From the NCBI GenBank assembly GCA_035501875.1, contig DATJVI010000103.1, positions 23,820-87,819 on the forward strand: a stretch of DNA of 64,000 nt. Reading direction: 5' to 3'. The DNA comes from Burkholderiales bacterium. GTDB taxonomy: Bacteria > Pseudomonadota > Gammaproteobacteria > Burkholderiales > SHXO01. The notes under the pieces are model-generated. The model was not told where the DNA came from and did not search any database. It saw only the letters and a list, made by a program, of their open reading frames with translations. Shown here in pieces: positions 28,625 through 38,247 of the stretch. The translations under genes and the position numbers were made by a program. Position 1 is the stretch's first letter. Each line of letters opens with the position of its first letter.

Positions 28625-28928
28625 CGCATCTCGCCTGGGCACGAGTCGGCTCTTCGATCGCTGTCTTCGATGAGTCACCGCGTAACGAGCGCGAACGCTC
28701 CGCGCTACGCGTCACTTGGCTGGGGGGAACGCGTGCGCCCCTGCGTACATCACCGTCGACTCGGACGCGGGACACACGGCATTTGTTGCGATCGTCTGAT
28801 CTCCGAAGACGGCGTCGGACTCGCTAGCGTGCGCGGAGCCTGCTCGGGTTGGGCTTGTAGTCGAGCGCACACGCCCTTCTCCACCGCAGCGGCGATGGAC
28901 GTCGCTCCGGCCGACGGTTAGAGACGAG

Positions 28929-28934
28929 GTATAA
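28929..28934 (+). promoter_or_regulatory. Candidate -10 box (TATAAT) upstream of the Slp-like gene
   Basis: Perfect TATAAT 65 nt upstream of ATG 28999. No convincing -35 at 17-nt spacing. AAGGAG RBS precedes the ATG. Confidence 0.25.
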
Positions 28935-28998
28935 TTTTTCCCAGTCGGTCTGCGAGTGCGAGCGGGGCAGCGTCCCCCGTCTCTTCAAGGAGCAAGCC

Positions 28999-29514
28999 AT
29001 GTGGATCCGAGCGTTCGGCGTCGGCGCATTTGTAGCTGCGCTTGCAGGCTGCGCCGCTCAACCGCCGTCGAAAGTTCCAGTCAAGAAAATCACTCCGGCG
29101 CAGGCGCTCGAGAAGGACAGCCTCGGAGCCGAGGTGCGCTGGGGCGGGCCGATTCTCAGCGTCGAGCCGAAGCAGACCGAGACTTGCTTCAAGATGCTCA
29201 GTTACTTTCTGGGCTCCGACGGAAGCCCGCGCCTGCAGAACCAGCCGCAGGGACGTTTCCTGGCATGCGCGCAGGGCTACTACGATCCCGCCGTCTATGC
29301 TCCGCGGCGCACGATGACGGTAGTGGGAACAGTAGCCCCGGCACAAACGATCAAGGTGCACAAACTCGACCAGCAGGTTCCCGTCGTAGACGTGCAGGCA
29401 GTGAAGCTGTGGCCGGTGCCGTCGGCCCGAACGACGGACATCTATTCCGACCCGTGGTACAACGTGGATGGCGGCGAGGCGCTGCCCTACGGCGGCCTCT
29501 ACTACGTTCCGTAA
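28999..29514 (+). CDS. Slp family outer-membrane lipoprotein
   Basis: 171 aa. Lipobox LAGC. Motifs VRWGGPILSVEP and GRFLACAQGYYDPAVY. Confidence 0.8.
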   Translation: MWIRAFGVGAFVAALAGCAAQPPSKVPVKKITPAQALEKDSLGAEVRWGGPILSVEPKQTETCFKMLSYFLGSDGSPRLQNQPQGRFLACAQGYYDPAVYAPRRTMTVVGTVAPAQTIKVHKLDQQVPVVDVQAVKLWPVPSARTTDIYSDPWYNVDGGEALPYGGLYYVP

Positions 29515-29592
29515 ACCGCGGGAAGCGCGATTGCGCGCTGGAGAGGGCCCGGCCAGCGGCGCCGCTGACTGAGGAACGGACCGACCCGATAC

Positions 29593-29988
29593 TTATTGCT
29601 TGTGCGGCGACACCTGCGGCTGCGGAAGCAAGATCGACGCATGCCACATATAGAACGTGACAGGAGCAGAGGCTGCAACGAGTTTGCCCGCGGGCGCGAG
29701 AAGCTGCGCCTGCAGTGTGTGTGCGCCGCGCTCGATGCCTTGGAGCAGGAACGTGTCGCCCGGCTGCGCGGGGCCGGCCGGCTGTCCATCGACCAGGATC
29801 CGGACCATCGAAGACGGGGGCGCGGCCTTGTAGCTCACGACCACGGTCACCTCGCCCGGGTTGCTGTGCACCGTCTCCTCGGAGGCCGGGGAGACGATGC
29901 TGATGTCTTGAGCGTGGACCGCGGTCGCGGCGACGCATAGCCAAAGTGCGGCCGCGCACGAGGCCGCGGCCCCGTACCGGGATACCAT
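29593..29988 (-). CDS. Secreted hypothetical protein with Ig-like domain related to the C-terminus of the DUF4124 protein
   Basis: About 131 aa from MVSRYGAAASCAAALWLCVAATAVHAQ (start uncertain). DISIVSPASEETVHSNPGEVTVVV...VTFYMWHA parallels AIQSPEEGGTVHTSTGEVRVSL...VQFYVHRA in 22322..22870. Confidence 0.5.
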   Translation of the reverse strand: MVSRYGAAASCAAALWLCVAATAVHAQDISIVSPASEETVHSNPGEVTVVVSYKAAPPSSMVRILVDGQPAGPAQPGDTFLLQGIERGAHTLQAQLLAPAGKLVAASAPVTFYMWHASILLPQPQVSPHKQ

Positions 29989-30155
29989 CCGCACTGCTCC
30001 TGATCGACCCGTCATCGCTGACCTGCTTCTGCGTCGAGCCTCGCATAGCGACGCCATGCGGCATGCTCTAGCGGTTCCGAGTACAGGTTACCATGCGACT
30101 GCGCGGCGCCCAACAGGGAGCCGACGAGCGGAGAGAGTCCGCGCCGGCGCGCCGG

Positions 30156-30419
30156 CTACTTCTTCTCGGTCGTCTGGGGCGGAGGCACCGCCTGGTTGTA
30201 TGCCTGCGGCGTGATGTGGACGATCTCGGAGCTCTGCAGCGTCACCACACCACCGGTCTTCGCGTCCCTGAACTCCACCGCGGAGCCGTTGCGCTTGATC
30301 TCCTGCGTGTAGAACACCTTTCCGCTGCCCGGATCGGTCACCTGGTAGTAGGTGCTCGCCGCGCAAGAGGTGCAAAGCATGATCACAGCAACCATGCAAG
30401 GGACGATTGACTTGAGCAT
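30156..30419 (-). CDS. Small lipoprotein (YgdI/YgdR-like?)
   Basis: 87 aa (MLKSIVPCMVAVIMLCTSCAAS...), the C-terminal part of the 281-aa track ORF. Cys-containing signal peptide. Mature part YQVTDPGSGKVFYTQEIKRNGSAVEFRDAKTGG resembles DUF903 proteins. Confidence 0.5.
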   Translation of the reverse strand: MLKSIVPCMVAVIMLCTSCAASTYYQVTDPGSGKVFYTQEIKRNGSAVEFRDAKTGGVVTLQSSEIVHITPQAYNQAVPPPQTTEKK

Positions 30420-30475
30420 GCTTCGAACCTCCTGCCTCACCCGCGCAGCCGTGATCGGCGCGGTATTCGTTTGCA

Positions 30476-31033
30476 CTACTCCTTGATCATCTTCATGGCC
30501 AACGCTTGCGTATAGTCGACGACGACGATGTCGCCGACGTTGACCTCGTTCAGCCGCTTGACGCTGTCGTCGACCTTGAACTCGAACGTGTTGCCCTGCG
30601 GACCGGTCAGCGCCACGATGCGATTGTCGTAGTCGATCGCATCCACACGTGCTTGGATGCGCTTCACTTCGACCAGAACTCCACCGGGCGTCGCGCCCTT
30701 CGGTGCCAGTTGCATCGCTGCGCCGACGTTGGCGGACGGAGCGCCGCCTTGAGGGCTGATGTACACGGCCACCGACTGCAGATAGCGCACGCGGAACTTC
30801 GCACCGGCATAGACTTGGTCGAGGTTCTGAGCTTCCGGCGGGACCTTCATGGTGACCAGCTTGCCGTTTTGCCCTTGCAAGACGACCGTGCGGTTCTGGT
30901 AGTCGACGTCGCGTACCGTGACCACCGCTTCCGACTCGTCGGTTACGACGGCCCCAGGCTTGTCTTGCGCATGCACGCTCGGCACGGCAAAACTCAGACA
31001 TGCGGCCGTAAGAAACACAGACAGATGCTTCAT
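30476..31033 (-). CDS. Secreted hypothetical protein with internal domain duplication
   Basis: 185 aa. Signal peptide MKHLSVFLTAACLSFAVPSVHA. Two related ~70-aa halves: VTVRDVDYQNRTVVLQGQNGKLVTMKV... and ARVDAIDYDNRIVALTGPQGNTFEFKV... Confidence 0.6.
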   Translation of the reverse strand: MKHLSVFLTAACLSFAVPSVHAQDKPGAVVTDESEAVVTVRDVDYQNRTVVLQGQNGKLVTMKVPPEAQNLDQVYAGAKFRVRYLQSVAVYISPQGGAPSANVGAAMQLAPKGATPGGVLVEVKRIQARVDAIDYDNRIVALTGPQGNTFEFKVDDSVKRLNEVNVGDIVVVDYTQALAMKMIKE

Positions 31034-31400
31034 TTGCTGCTCTCCTTTGACATCATTGCATGGCCCCCGTTAACGCAGGGAGCGTCGCGCCACTGCACGG
31101 CGGCAGAGCATAATCGATCCGGGCCTCGCACGCTTGACCCAGATCAAGGCACGTCATCTTCGCCTTCATACGCTTGCGTCTCGACGTCCCGCCGCCCGCG
31201 CGATGACATCTGCGTCAAGCGCCGAGGAGGTGCCTGCAGCACCCGCCACAGGTTCTCGAGCGGACCGACCAGCGCGGAGCACCGGCTTGCGCTTGTAGCA
31301 TGAATCATCGCGTAAGCGGTAGAATAAAAAAGGCGATACCCGCCGAGACCTCGCAGGCCCCCCTGGGCGAGCGATTCCAACCACATATTCAGGAGATGCT

Positions 31401-31751
31401 ATGCGCAAACTACTTGCAACCCTCGTTGCAGCGTTATTCGCAGCCGTGACCTTCGTGGCCTACGGCGCAGACCAGCCCGCTTCGGGCGATCAGGCCCAGC
31501 CGCAGAAGCCAGCCAAGCAATCGAAGAAGAAGCAGAAACACGCCAAGAAGCAGAAGAGCCAGGGCGTGGAGGCAGGGGCCCCCCAAGCACAGGGCAGAGG
31601 CACCCCCTCGGGCGCGGCGGCAGCCGGCGGCGGAGCTGTAGAGCAAGGTGCCCCCGCGGCGCAGGGCAGAGGCACTCCGAGTGGCGCGGCCGCCGGCGGC
31701 GCGGTCACCAGCCCCACCCCGAAGGGTCCGGGCCGCGGCGACAACCAGTAA
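31401..31751 (+). CDS. Small secreted low-complexity protein ending ...VTSPTPKGPGRGDNQ
   Basis: 116 aa. Signal peptide MRKLLATLVAALFAAVTFVAYG. CAGGAG RBS. Lys-rich block KPAKQSKKKQKHAKKQKSQ. Tandem GAPxAQGRGTPSGAAA units. Paralogue of 25406..25687. Confidence 0.55.
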   Translation: MRKLLATLVAALFAAVTFVAYGADQPASGDQAQPQKPAKQSKKKQKHAKKQKSQGVEAGAPQAQGRGTPSGAAAAGGGAVEQGAPAAQGRGTPSGAAAGGAVTSPTPKGPGRGDNQ

Positions 31752-31773
31752 GCCCGGCAACCGGCTGTCGAAG

Positions 31774-31800
31774 CGCGGGGGGAGGGGCGCACCCCCCGCG
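31774..31800 (+). terminator. 9-bp GC stem-loop after the small ORF
   Basis: cgcgggggg (31774..31782) pairs with ccccccgcg (31792..31800). No U-tract. Confidence 0.3.
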
Positions 31801-32645
31801 TGACCTGCAGGGCGCGGCTCGGATCAAATCGATGTGCTGCGTACCGCTCCCGCGTCGGTGTGACCTGGGCGTTACGCAAAGCAGCTGATCCTTTTCGCTG
31901 AACTGTTGTAGCTTAGTCGCCCGGACGCGCGGCCGCGCGCGAGGCGATCGGGACCGGAAGCGACCGAGGATCTCCACCGGCGATGTCCAAAGCGGCGCGG
32001 CGGGTCTCCTGATCGAGGTCGAACCGCGTCCCGACCACGTGGGCGTCGATGAGGAGGGCGCGTGCAGTCCTCCCGCAGCTCACCCCGCCGCTTCCCGCCG
32101 ACCAAGGTTAGCCTCGCATCGATGACGTCCGGGGGCGTCAGCAAGATGGCCCAGCGGGTGGTCGATTGCTGGGACGCGTTCGTTCTAAGGCCAGGCGGAG
32201 CGCTCGAGGCGGAGCCCATCGCCACAACGCCGTCGTCATACGTCGCGAAGGATCGGCGTGACACGCCAGCGACAGCTCGTTTCCGGACCCAAGCACCCAC
32301 CAGCCCAGCCGTTGGCGCGGCAGAGCCGGTAATTGCAGAAACCAGGGGCAGCGCGCAGTTGGCTCGCTTACGATGGCGCGGGTCGACTCGCTCGCGCCTC
32401 CTGGCGGGCGTAGGACCTCTCGGCGGCGGAACGTGAGATCATAGAAGGGAGGAAGCGGTAAACGTCGTCCCGGTGTCGGGACCTCGAGTGGCTGTCGTGC
32501 CTTTCGCTGGTTAGACCTTCGGACGGGTGCATGCGGATCACAAGGATTGAACAAAGGCAGCGCGCCCGGTCACCGCTCCGCCGCTTCGGCGCGGCAGCGG
32601 CGGCAGGGGCAGGCGCTTTCGGTCCGGCGATGTAGATCCGGCGAT

Positions 32646-35384
32646 ATGCCCCACGCAATTTCCGGCGTGCAGCAGACAGCCCAGCCCGATACATCACTGC
32701 GAGTGGCACGGGCTGCCGTGTTCCTGGCTTTGTTCGGGATCGCGATCGCCGCCTGCACGAGCTCCGAGAAGAAACAGTCCGGGACCGCGCCCGGAGGCGT
32801 GCGCCAGTCCGCCGCCTCGGAGCTTTCGCCTTCCGGATCGACCACACCCGCGAGCGGAGCCAAGCCGATGGAGGCGGCGGCTCCACCCGACGGGCAGATC
32901 GGCACACCGGCGGGCGTGGCGGGCCAAGGCACCACGGCCCAGGCTACAGGGCCGACGACCGGGGCGAAACCCTCATCGGACCAGACCCAGCCGGATATCG
33001 GCTGGCCCAGAACACTGCCGGCCGGTGGAATGGCCGTCACGATCTATCAGCCCCAGCTCGATTCCTGGGACGGATTCGCTCTGGAGGCGCACGCAGCCGT
33101 CGCGTTGGAATCCGGCGGTGAGCAGCCACCCACCTTCGGCGTCGTCGACCTGTCGGCGCGCACCCTCGTAAACAAAGAGGAGCGCCTGGTGGCGCTGGAG
33201 AATCTCAAGATCACCGATGCTCGCTTTCCGGCCGCGCCGGAGCAGGCACAAGCGTATGAGCAAGTGCTGAGCGAGACCCTTCCCAGGGGCATCAAATCGG
33301 TCTCCCTCGACCGGCTGGAGGCGCAGCTGGCCATCCGTAAAGCGCGCATCAAGGGCAAGGCCATGCCGCTCGAGAACACGCCTCCGCGCATTGTCTTCAT
33401 GCCGCAGCCGTCGCTGCTTGTATACATCGACGGCGAAGCGCGATTCGTCCCCGTCGAGGGCACGAACCTCTCTCGCGTCTTGAACACGCGCGTACTGCTG
33501 CTCAAGGATCCCGCGGGCAAGCTGTATCTGCATGTGCTCGACGGTTACATGCAGGCGCGCGCGATGTCCGGGCCGTGGAGCGTAGCGCAGGCTCCGCCGG
33601 CGGATGCACCCAGGGCCGAGGCCGCGGCGCGCGAATTGCGCCAGATCGATCTGCTCGACGAGCAGGAGGATCCGAAAACGAAGAAGAAGCCATCACTGGG
33701 TCCCGAGCTCGCACCCAACATCATCGTCGCCACCACTCCCACGGAGTTAATCGTCACCGAAGGCCAGCCGAACTACGTCCCGATCCACGGTACTTCGCTG
33801 CTGTACGTGAAGAACACCACCGCGGACGTGTTCAAACTGCTGACCGATCGGATGTCGTACGTGCTGCTCGGCGGGCGCTGGTTCCGCGCGAGCTCGTTCG
33901 ATGGACCGTGGGAGTTTGTTCCCGCGAAGAGCTTGCCCAAAGACTTCTCGCGCATCCCGGACAGCAGCCGGAAGGAGAACGTCAAGGCATCGGTGCCGGG
34001 GACGCGCCAGGCGCAGGAAGCGCTGATCGCGGATCAGATCCCGACCACTGCGCGCGTCCAGCGCAAGCTCGCCACCTTCGCACCGCAGATCGACGGAGAG
34101 CCGAAGCTCGCAGCGATCGCTGGGACGCCGCTGCAGTACGTGCTCAACACGCCCGCACCGATCATCCGCGTCGACGACACGAGCTGGTATGCGTGCCAGG
34201 ATGGTGTGTGGTTCTCGGCAAGCTCGATGTCCGGCCCCTGGCAGGTCGCCGCCACCGTCCCCGCGGTGATCTATACCATTCCACCGTCCTCACCGGTGCA
34301 TTACGTGACCTACGTGCGGGTGTACCGCGTGACGCCGACGTACGTGTATGTGGGCTACACGCCGGGATACTATGGCGCCGTGGTTGCTCCCGGCGGTGTG
34401 GTCGTCTACGGCACCGGCTATTACCACTCGCCATGGATCGGCCGCTATTGGATCGGGTATCCGGCGACTTATGGCCTGGGTATGGGGATGGCTTGGACGC
34501 CATGGACGAGCTGGGCGTTCGGCTTCGGCTTCGGTTGGCCGTACGGGGCCGTCTGGTGGCGCCCGCCCGCGCCGTGGTGGGGCCCGTATTACGGGTGGGG
34601 ATACAACGCTCGCGGGGGCATGACCGCTTGGGGCCCCGGCGGATGGGCCGGCACCACGGGGAACATCTACGGTCACCGTGCGGGCCTTTCCACGGCGCAG
34701 CGCGAGGCGGCAGGGTACAACGCGTTCGGCACAAACCAGTGGGCGACGCGCTACGGCACGGCTTACAACTCCACTACGGGCAAGTTGATCGCCGGTCAGA
34801 ACGGCGCGTTGAAGAACGTCTATCCGGCGAGTTACGCTGATGGCGCACGCGGCGTCGCGACGAACACCAAGACAGGGACGGCCGCATCCGGCGGCAAGCT
34901 CACCTTGGGCGACGCCAGCACAGGGAAGTCCGCCACGGCGCGCCGGATCGCTGGGGGCAAATCCGGCGAACCGCTCCCCTCCGCGATGGGCGTGGCAGGC
35001 GAGCAATGGGGCCTGATCGCCGTAGGGGGCCCGGGCAACCAGCAGGTGTTCGGCACCAAGGACGGTAACGTATACCGTCGCGGAGACAACGGGCAGTGGG
35101 AGCAGATCGCGCCACCGTCCGCCCAGGGAAAGCCGACGCTGGTTGCGCCACGCATCGAAGCCGCTATGCCGGCGCAATATACAGGTGCCAGCGTTCAGCG
35201 TTCCGCGCCAGCCCAGGTGCAAGCCGGCGCCGGCTCCCAGCTTACAGCGAGCAGCGTGCAGGGCCTCGACCGTGAGCGTCGGGCTCAAGATCTGGGCAAC
35301 TTGCGTGCGGCGAGCTTCCAGGGCTCCCGCCCTTCAGGCGGCTTCAGCGGCGGCAAACCCGGCACCGCCGCCGGGCCACACTAG
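32646..35384 (+). CDS. Large lipoprotein of unknown function (triplicated ~75-aa module plus aromatic/Gly-rich region)
   Basis: About 912 aa from ATG 32646 (the track ORF starts at TTG 32547). Lipobox FGIAIAAC. Three related modules each end W[FY]xAxxxxGPW. Paralogue of 38248..39927. Confidence 0.75.
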   Translation: MPHAISGVQQTAQPDTSLRVARAAVFLALFGIAIAACTSSEKKQSGTAPGGVRQSAASELSPSGSTTPASGAKPMEAAAPPDGQIGTPAGVAGQGTTAQATGPTTGAKPSSDQTQPDIGWPRTLPAGGMAVTIYQPQLDSWDGFALEAHAAVALESGGEQPPTFGVVDLSARTLVNKEERLVALENLKITDARFPAAPEQAQAYEQVLSETLPRGIKSVSLDRLEAQLAIRKARIKGKAMPLENTPPRIVFMPQPSLLVYIDGEARFVPVEGTNLSRVLNTRVLLLKDPAGKLYLHVLDGYMQARAMSGPWSVAQAPPADAPRAEAAARELRQIDLLDEQEDPKTKKKPSLGPELAPNIIVATTPTELIVTEGQPNYVPIHGTSLLYVKNTTADVFKLLTDRMSYVLLGGRWFRASSFDGPWEFVPAKSLPKDFSRIPDSSRKENVKASVPGTRQAQEALIADQIPTTARVQRKLATFAPQIDGEPKLAAIAGTPLQYVLNTPAPIIRVDDTSWYACQDGVWFSASSMSGPWQVAATVPAVIYTIPPSSPVHYVTYVRVYRVTPTYVYVGYTPGYYGAVVAPGGVVVYGTGYYHSPWIGRYWIGYPATYGLGMGMAWTPWTSWAFGFGFGWPYGAVWWRPPAPWWGPYYGWGYNARGGMTAWGPGGWAGTTGNIYGHRAGLSTAQREAAGYNAFGTNQWATRYGTAYNSTTGKLIAGQNGALKNVYPASYADGARGVATNTKTGTAASGGKLTLGDASTGKSATARRIAGGKSGEPLPSAMGVAGEQWGLIAVGGPGNQQVFGTKDGNVYRRGDNGQWEQIAPPSAQGKPTLVAPRIEAAMPAQYTGASVQRSAPAQVQAGAGSQLTASSVQGLDRERRAQDLGNLRAASFQGSRPSGGFSGGKPGTAAGPH

Positions 35385-35575
35385 ACGGACGGAAGCACCC
35401 GAGCGGCGCACTACAACGGGGTATACCCGCCTCGGATCGTGTACAGCGCAGCCCTCCGGCACCCCGCCTCGTCTCGCCTCGTGATCGACCTCGGCTCGGC
35501 CCCGCTCTCGAACCACGGGCGACGTGGGTCCGGTCAGCCGGAGACGACGCAGCTTGAACCCTGCGCGGCACAACG

Positions 35576-37243
35576 GTGCGTCTGAGCCTGTTTGGAGGGC
35601 TTCGTCCTCTGACCCGCGGCGGCGCAGTGCGCGACGCGCTGGCCGGCGTGACGCTCGCGTCGATGAATATTCCGCAGGTGCTCGGCTACACGCGCATCGC
35701 GGCGACCCCGGTCGTGACCGGGCTGTACACCGTGCTCCTGCCGCTTGTCGCGTTCGCGATACTCGGCTCCTCGCGCCATCTGGTTGTCGCGGCCGACTCG
35801 GCGACCGCCGCGATCTTCGCCAGCTCGCTCTCGGGGATGGCACCACCCGCCAGCGGGAGGTACATGATGCTGGTCGGCATGGTCGCGTTGCTGACTGCCG
35901 GGTTCCTGTTGCTCGCGCGGCTGTTCAGACTGGGGTTTCTGGCCGACTTCCTGTCCCGCACCGTGCTGGTGGGGTTCCTCACCGGTGTGGGATTTCAAGT
36001 GGGTATCGCGATGCTGGGCGATCTGCTGGGGATCTCCGTGCATTCGCCGCGGACCGTCCGACAGCTCTGGCAAGTCGTCCACGGCCTGGGACAAGTCCAC
36101 ATGCCGACGCTGGCGATCTCGGCGGCCGTGGTGAGCAGCATCCTGGTGTTCCGGCATTACCTGCCGCGGCTGCCCGTCCCCTTGTTTGCCGTGATCGGCG
36201 GCATCGCCGCGAGCTTTGCATGGGATTTCGCGGGCCGGGGCATCGCCGTAGTCGGGCCTGTCCCGGGCGGGCTGCCTTCCTTCGGCTTGCCCGACGTGAG
36301 CTGGTTCGACCTGATGAAGCTCCTCCCCGTCGCCGCGTCGTGCTTCGTGATGATCATCGCTCAGAGCGCCGCGGCCTCCCGCGTGTTCGCCGCGCGTTAC
36401 CGCGAGCGCGTCGACGAGAACGCCGACATACTGGGCCTGTCGGCGGCGAACGCCGCGGCAGCCATGACGGGGGCATTCGTGGTCAACGGCAGCCCCACGC
36501 AGACGGCCATGGCCGAGCTCGCCGGCGCGCGCACGCAGCTTGCGCAGGTGGTGTTCGCCGGCGTGGTATTGCTCGTCCTGCTGTTTCTCACCGGCCCGCT
36601 GCAATACCTGCCCCGCTGCGTGCTCGCCGGCATCGTCTTCACGATCGCCGTCGGGCTCATCGACGTGCGAGGCCTGCGCGCGATGCGGCGCGAGAGCCCG
36701 GGTGAGTTCACCCTCGCCGTCGTCACGGCTGCCGTGGTCGCGGTCATCGGCGTCGAGCAGGGGATTCTGCTGGCTATGGCGTTGTCCCTGCTGCGGCACG
36801 TACGCCACAGCTACCGGCCGCACACCATGGTCTTGTTGCCGGATGCGAGCGGCCGGTGGGTACCGGCGCCGGCGACGCCTGGCTGTGAGACCGCGCCGGG
36901 ACTGATCGTCTATCGGTTCGGCGCGGACCTGTTCTACGCGAACGAGAACCGCTTCGCCGACGAAGTGCGTGCGCTCGTCGAGCACGCACCAACGCGGGTG
37001 CGATGGTTCGTCGTCGATGCCGGAGCGATCACCGATCTCGACTACGCTGCGGCGCGTTCCGTGCTCGAGCTGCTCGACGAGCTCCAGCGGCGAGGGGTCG
37101 GGTTGGTGTTCGCGCGTGTCAACCGCTATCTCCGGTCCGATATGGACCGGCATGGCATCACCACGGCCATCGGGGAACCGAGAATCTTCGCCACGCTGCA
37201 CGAGGCGCTCGCCGCGGTGCGCAGCGGGGATCGTACTTCGTAG
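35576..37243 (+). CDS. SulP family inorganic anion (sulfate) transporter with STAS domain
   Basis: 555 aa, GTG start. N-terminus LAGVTLASMNIPQVLGYTRIA. Polytopic core. C-terminal STAS region (IVYRFGADLFYANENRF ... VVDAGAITDLDYAAARSV). Confidence 0.9.
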   Translation: MRLSLFGGLRPLTRGGAVRDALAGVTLASMNIPQVLGYTRIAATPVVTGLYTVLLPLVAFAILGSSRHLVVAADSATAAIFASSLSGMAPPASGRYMMLVGMVALLTAGFLLLARLFRLGFLADFLSRTVLVGFLTGVGFQVGIAMLGDLLGISVHSPRTVRQLWQVVHGLGQVHMPTLAISAAVVSSILVFRHYLPRLPVPLFAVIGGIAASFAWDFAGRGIAVVGPVPGGLPSFGLPDVSWFDLMKLLPVAASCFVMIIAQSAAASRVFAARYRERVDENADILGLSAANAAAAMTGAFVVNGSPTQTAMAELAGARTQLAQVVFAGVVLLVLLFLTGPLQYLPRCVLAGIVFTIAVGLIDVRGLRAMRRESPGEFTLAVVTAAVVAVIGVEQGILLAMALSLLRHVRHSYRPHTMVLLPDASGRWVPAPATPGCETAPGLIVYRFGADLFYANENRFADEVRALVEHAPTRVRWFVVDAGAITDLDYAAARSVLELLDELQRRGVGLVFARVNRYLRSDMDRHGITTAIGEPRIFATLHEALAAVRSGDRTS

Positions 37244-37276
37244 TTCTTCCGGTGGGCTAGAAGTACAGGCCCCGTT

Positions 37277-38191
37277 TCATTGCGTCCGCGCGACGCGGAA
37301 CCCGCGGAAGTCGCCGCGGTCGCCGGGGGCATCCCAGCCCCGCGAAGCCGAACGCGCAAGATCCGGCACGCTGACCCAGCCTCCGCCGCGCATCACCCGT
37401 TGCGAGCAGTCGGCGCTCACCCAGGCGCTGCCGTCGTTCGGCGCGCCGGTGTAGTCTTCGTGCCAGCAGTCCTCGACCCACTCCCACGCGTTGCCGATCA
37501 TGTCGTAGAGCCCGAAGCCATTCGGCATGTACGTGCCGGCCGGCGCCGTATAAGTGTTCCGGTCGTCGCAGTTGTGGAACTTCCATAGCTCGGACCCCGG
37601 GATGCTCCTGGCCGCGAAATCGGCAACGCTGGCATAGACGCAGGCCTCATCCGGGTCATCGCCCCACGGGCGCGAGGTCTGCGTTCCGGCGCGAGCGGCG
37701 TATTCCCACTCGGCTTCGGTCAGCAAGCGATAGGGCTTTCCCGTCTTGGCCGCAAGCCATCGCGTGTAGGCCTTGGCATCGAGCCAACTCACGCACACGA
37801 CCGGATCGCGCTCGGTCTGCCAGAATCCTGGGGAGCGCCAGTCCTTGGACGGTTGGCTCTCGGCGCGGCTGCCGCTCCAGAAATAACATCCTCCGCCGGC
37901 TGTGTACCCTGTCTCGCGCACGAACCGCGCGAACTCGCCGCGCGTGACCTCGAACCTGCCTACGGCGAACGGGTGTGCGATCGTGACGGTGTGTCGGGGA
38001 CCCTCTCTCGGCCAGCGCCCCGCTTCGGAACCGGGCGAGCCCATCGTGAAGCTACCAGCCGGGAGCATCACCATCTCGGGGCAACCGTCGCAATCCCTTC
38101 CGCGCGCGTCCGTCTGCGCCCAAACGGCCGTGCCCGACAGGAGACACAGAACCAGCGCCAGCAGTCGCCCCAGCTCTTTCGTCCGTTGCAT
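37277..38191 (-). CDS. Formylglycine-generating enzyme (SUMF1/FGE-sulfatase family), secreted
   Basis: 304 aa from MQRTKELGRLLALVLCLLSGTAVWA (Met108 of the track ORF). Motifs RDPVVCVSWLDAKAYTRWL, YRLLTEAEWEYAARAG, GLYDMIGNAWEWVEDCW, RVMRGGGW. Confidence 0.85.
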   Translation of the reverse strand: MQRTKELGRLLALVLCLLSGTAVWAQTDARGRDCDGCPEMVMLPAGSFTMGSPGSEAGRWPREGPRHTVTIAHPFAVGRFEVTRGEFARFVRETGYTAGGGCYFWSGSRAESQPSKDWRSPGFWQTERDPVVCVSWLDAKAYTRWLAAKTGKPYRLLTEAEWEYAARAGTQTSRPWGDDPDEACVYASVADFAARSIPGSELWKFHNCDDRNTYTAPAGTYMPNGFGLYDMIGNAWEWVEDCWHEDYTGAPNDGSAWVSADCSQRVMRGGGWVSVPDLARSASRGWDAPGDRGDFRGFRVARTQ

Positions 38192-38247
38192 CTTCTCAGT
38201 CCAACGGTGCGCGGGACGTTCGACCACCTCGGTGGCGTCTTGATCCG

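Noticed and set aside
30156-31001. 281-aa minus-strand ORF.
   Set aside because: Its upstream two-thirds overlap, in another frame, the better-supported 30476..31033 secreted protein. Only the last 87 codons (30156..30419) look like a real lipoprotein.
31752-32645. Several 120-180-aa ORFs on both strands in the ~0.9-kb gap before the large lipoprotein gene.
   Set aside because: They have no motifs, no RBS and low-complexity Arg/Pro/Ser-rich translations. The region is treated as non-coding, possibly a decayed gene, but I cannot support any call.
35534-37201. 555-aa minus-strand ORF mirroring the SulP gene almost exactly.
   Set aside because: The plus-strand product has clear SulP/STAS motifs and TM segments. 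The antisense translation is Arg/His/Asp-rich noise.
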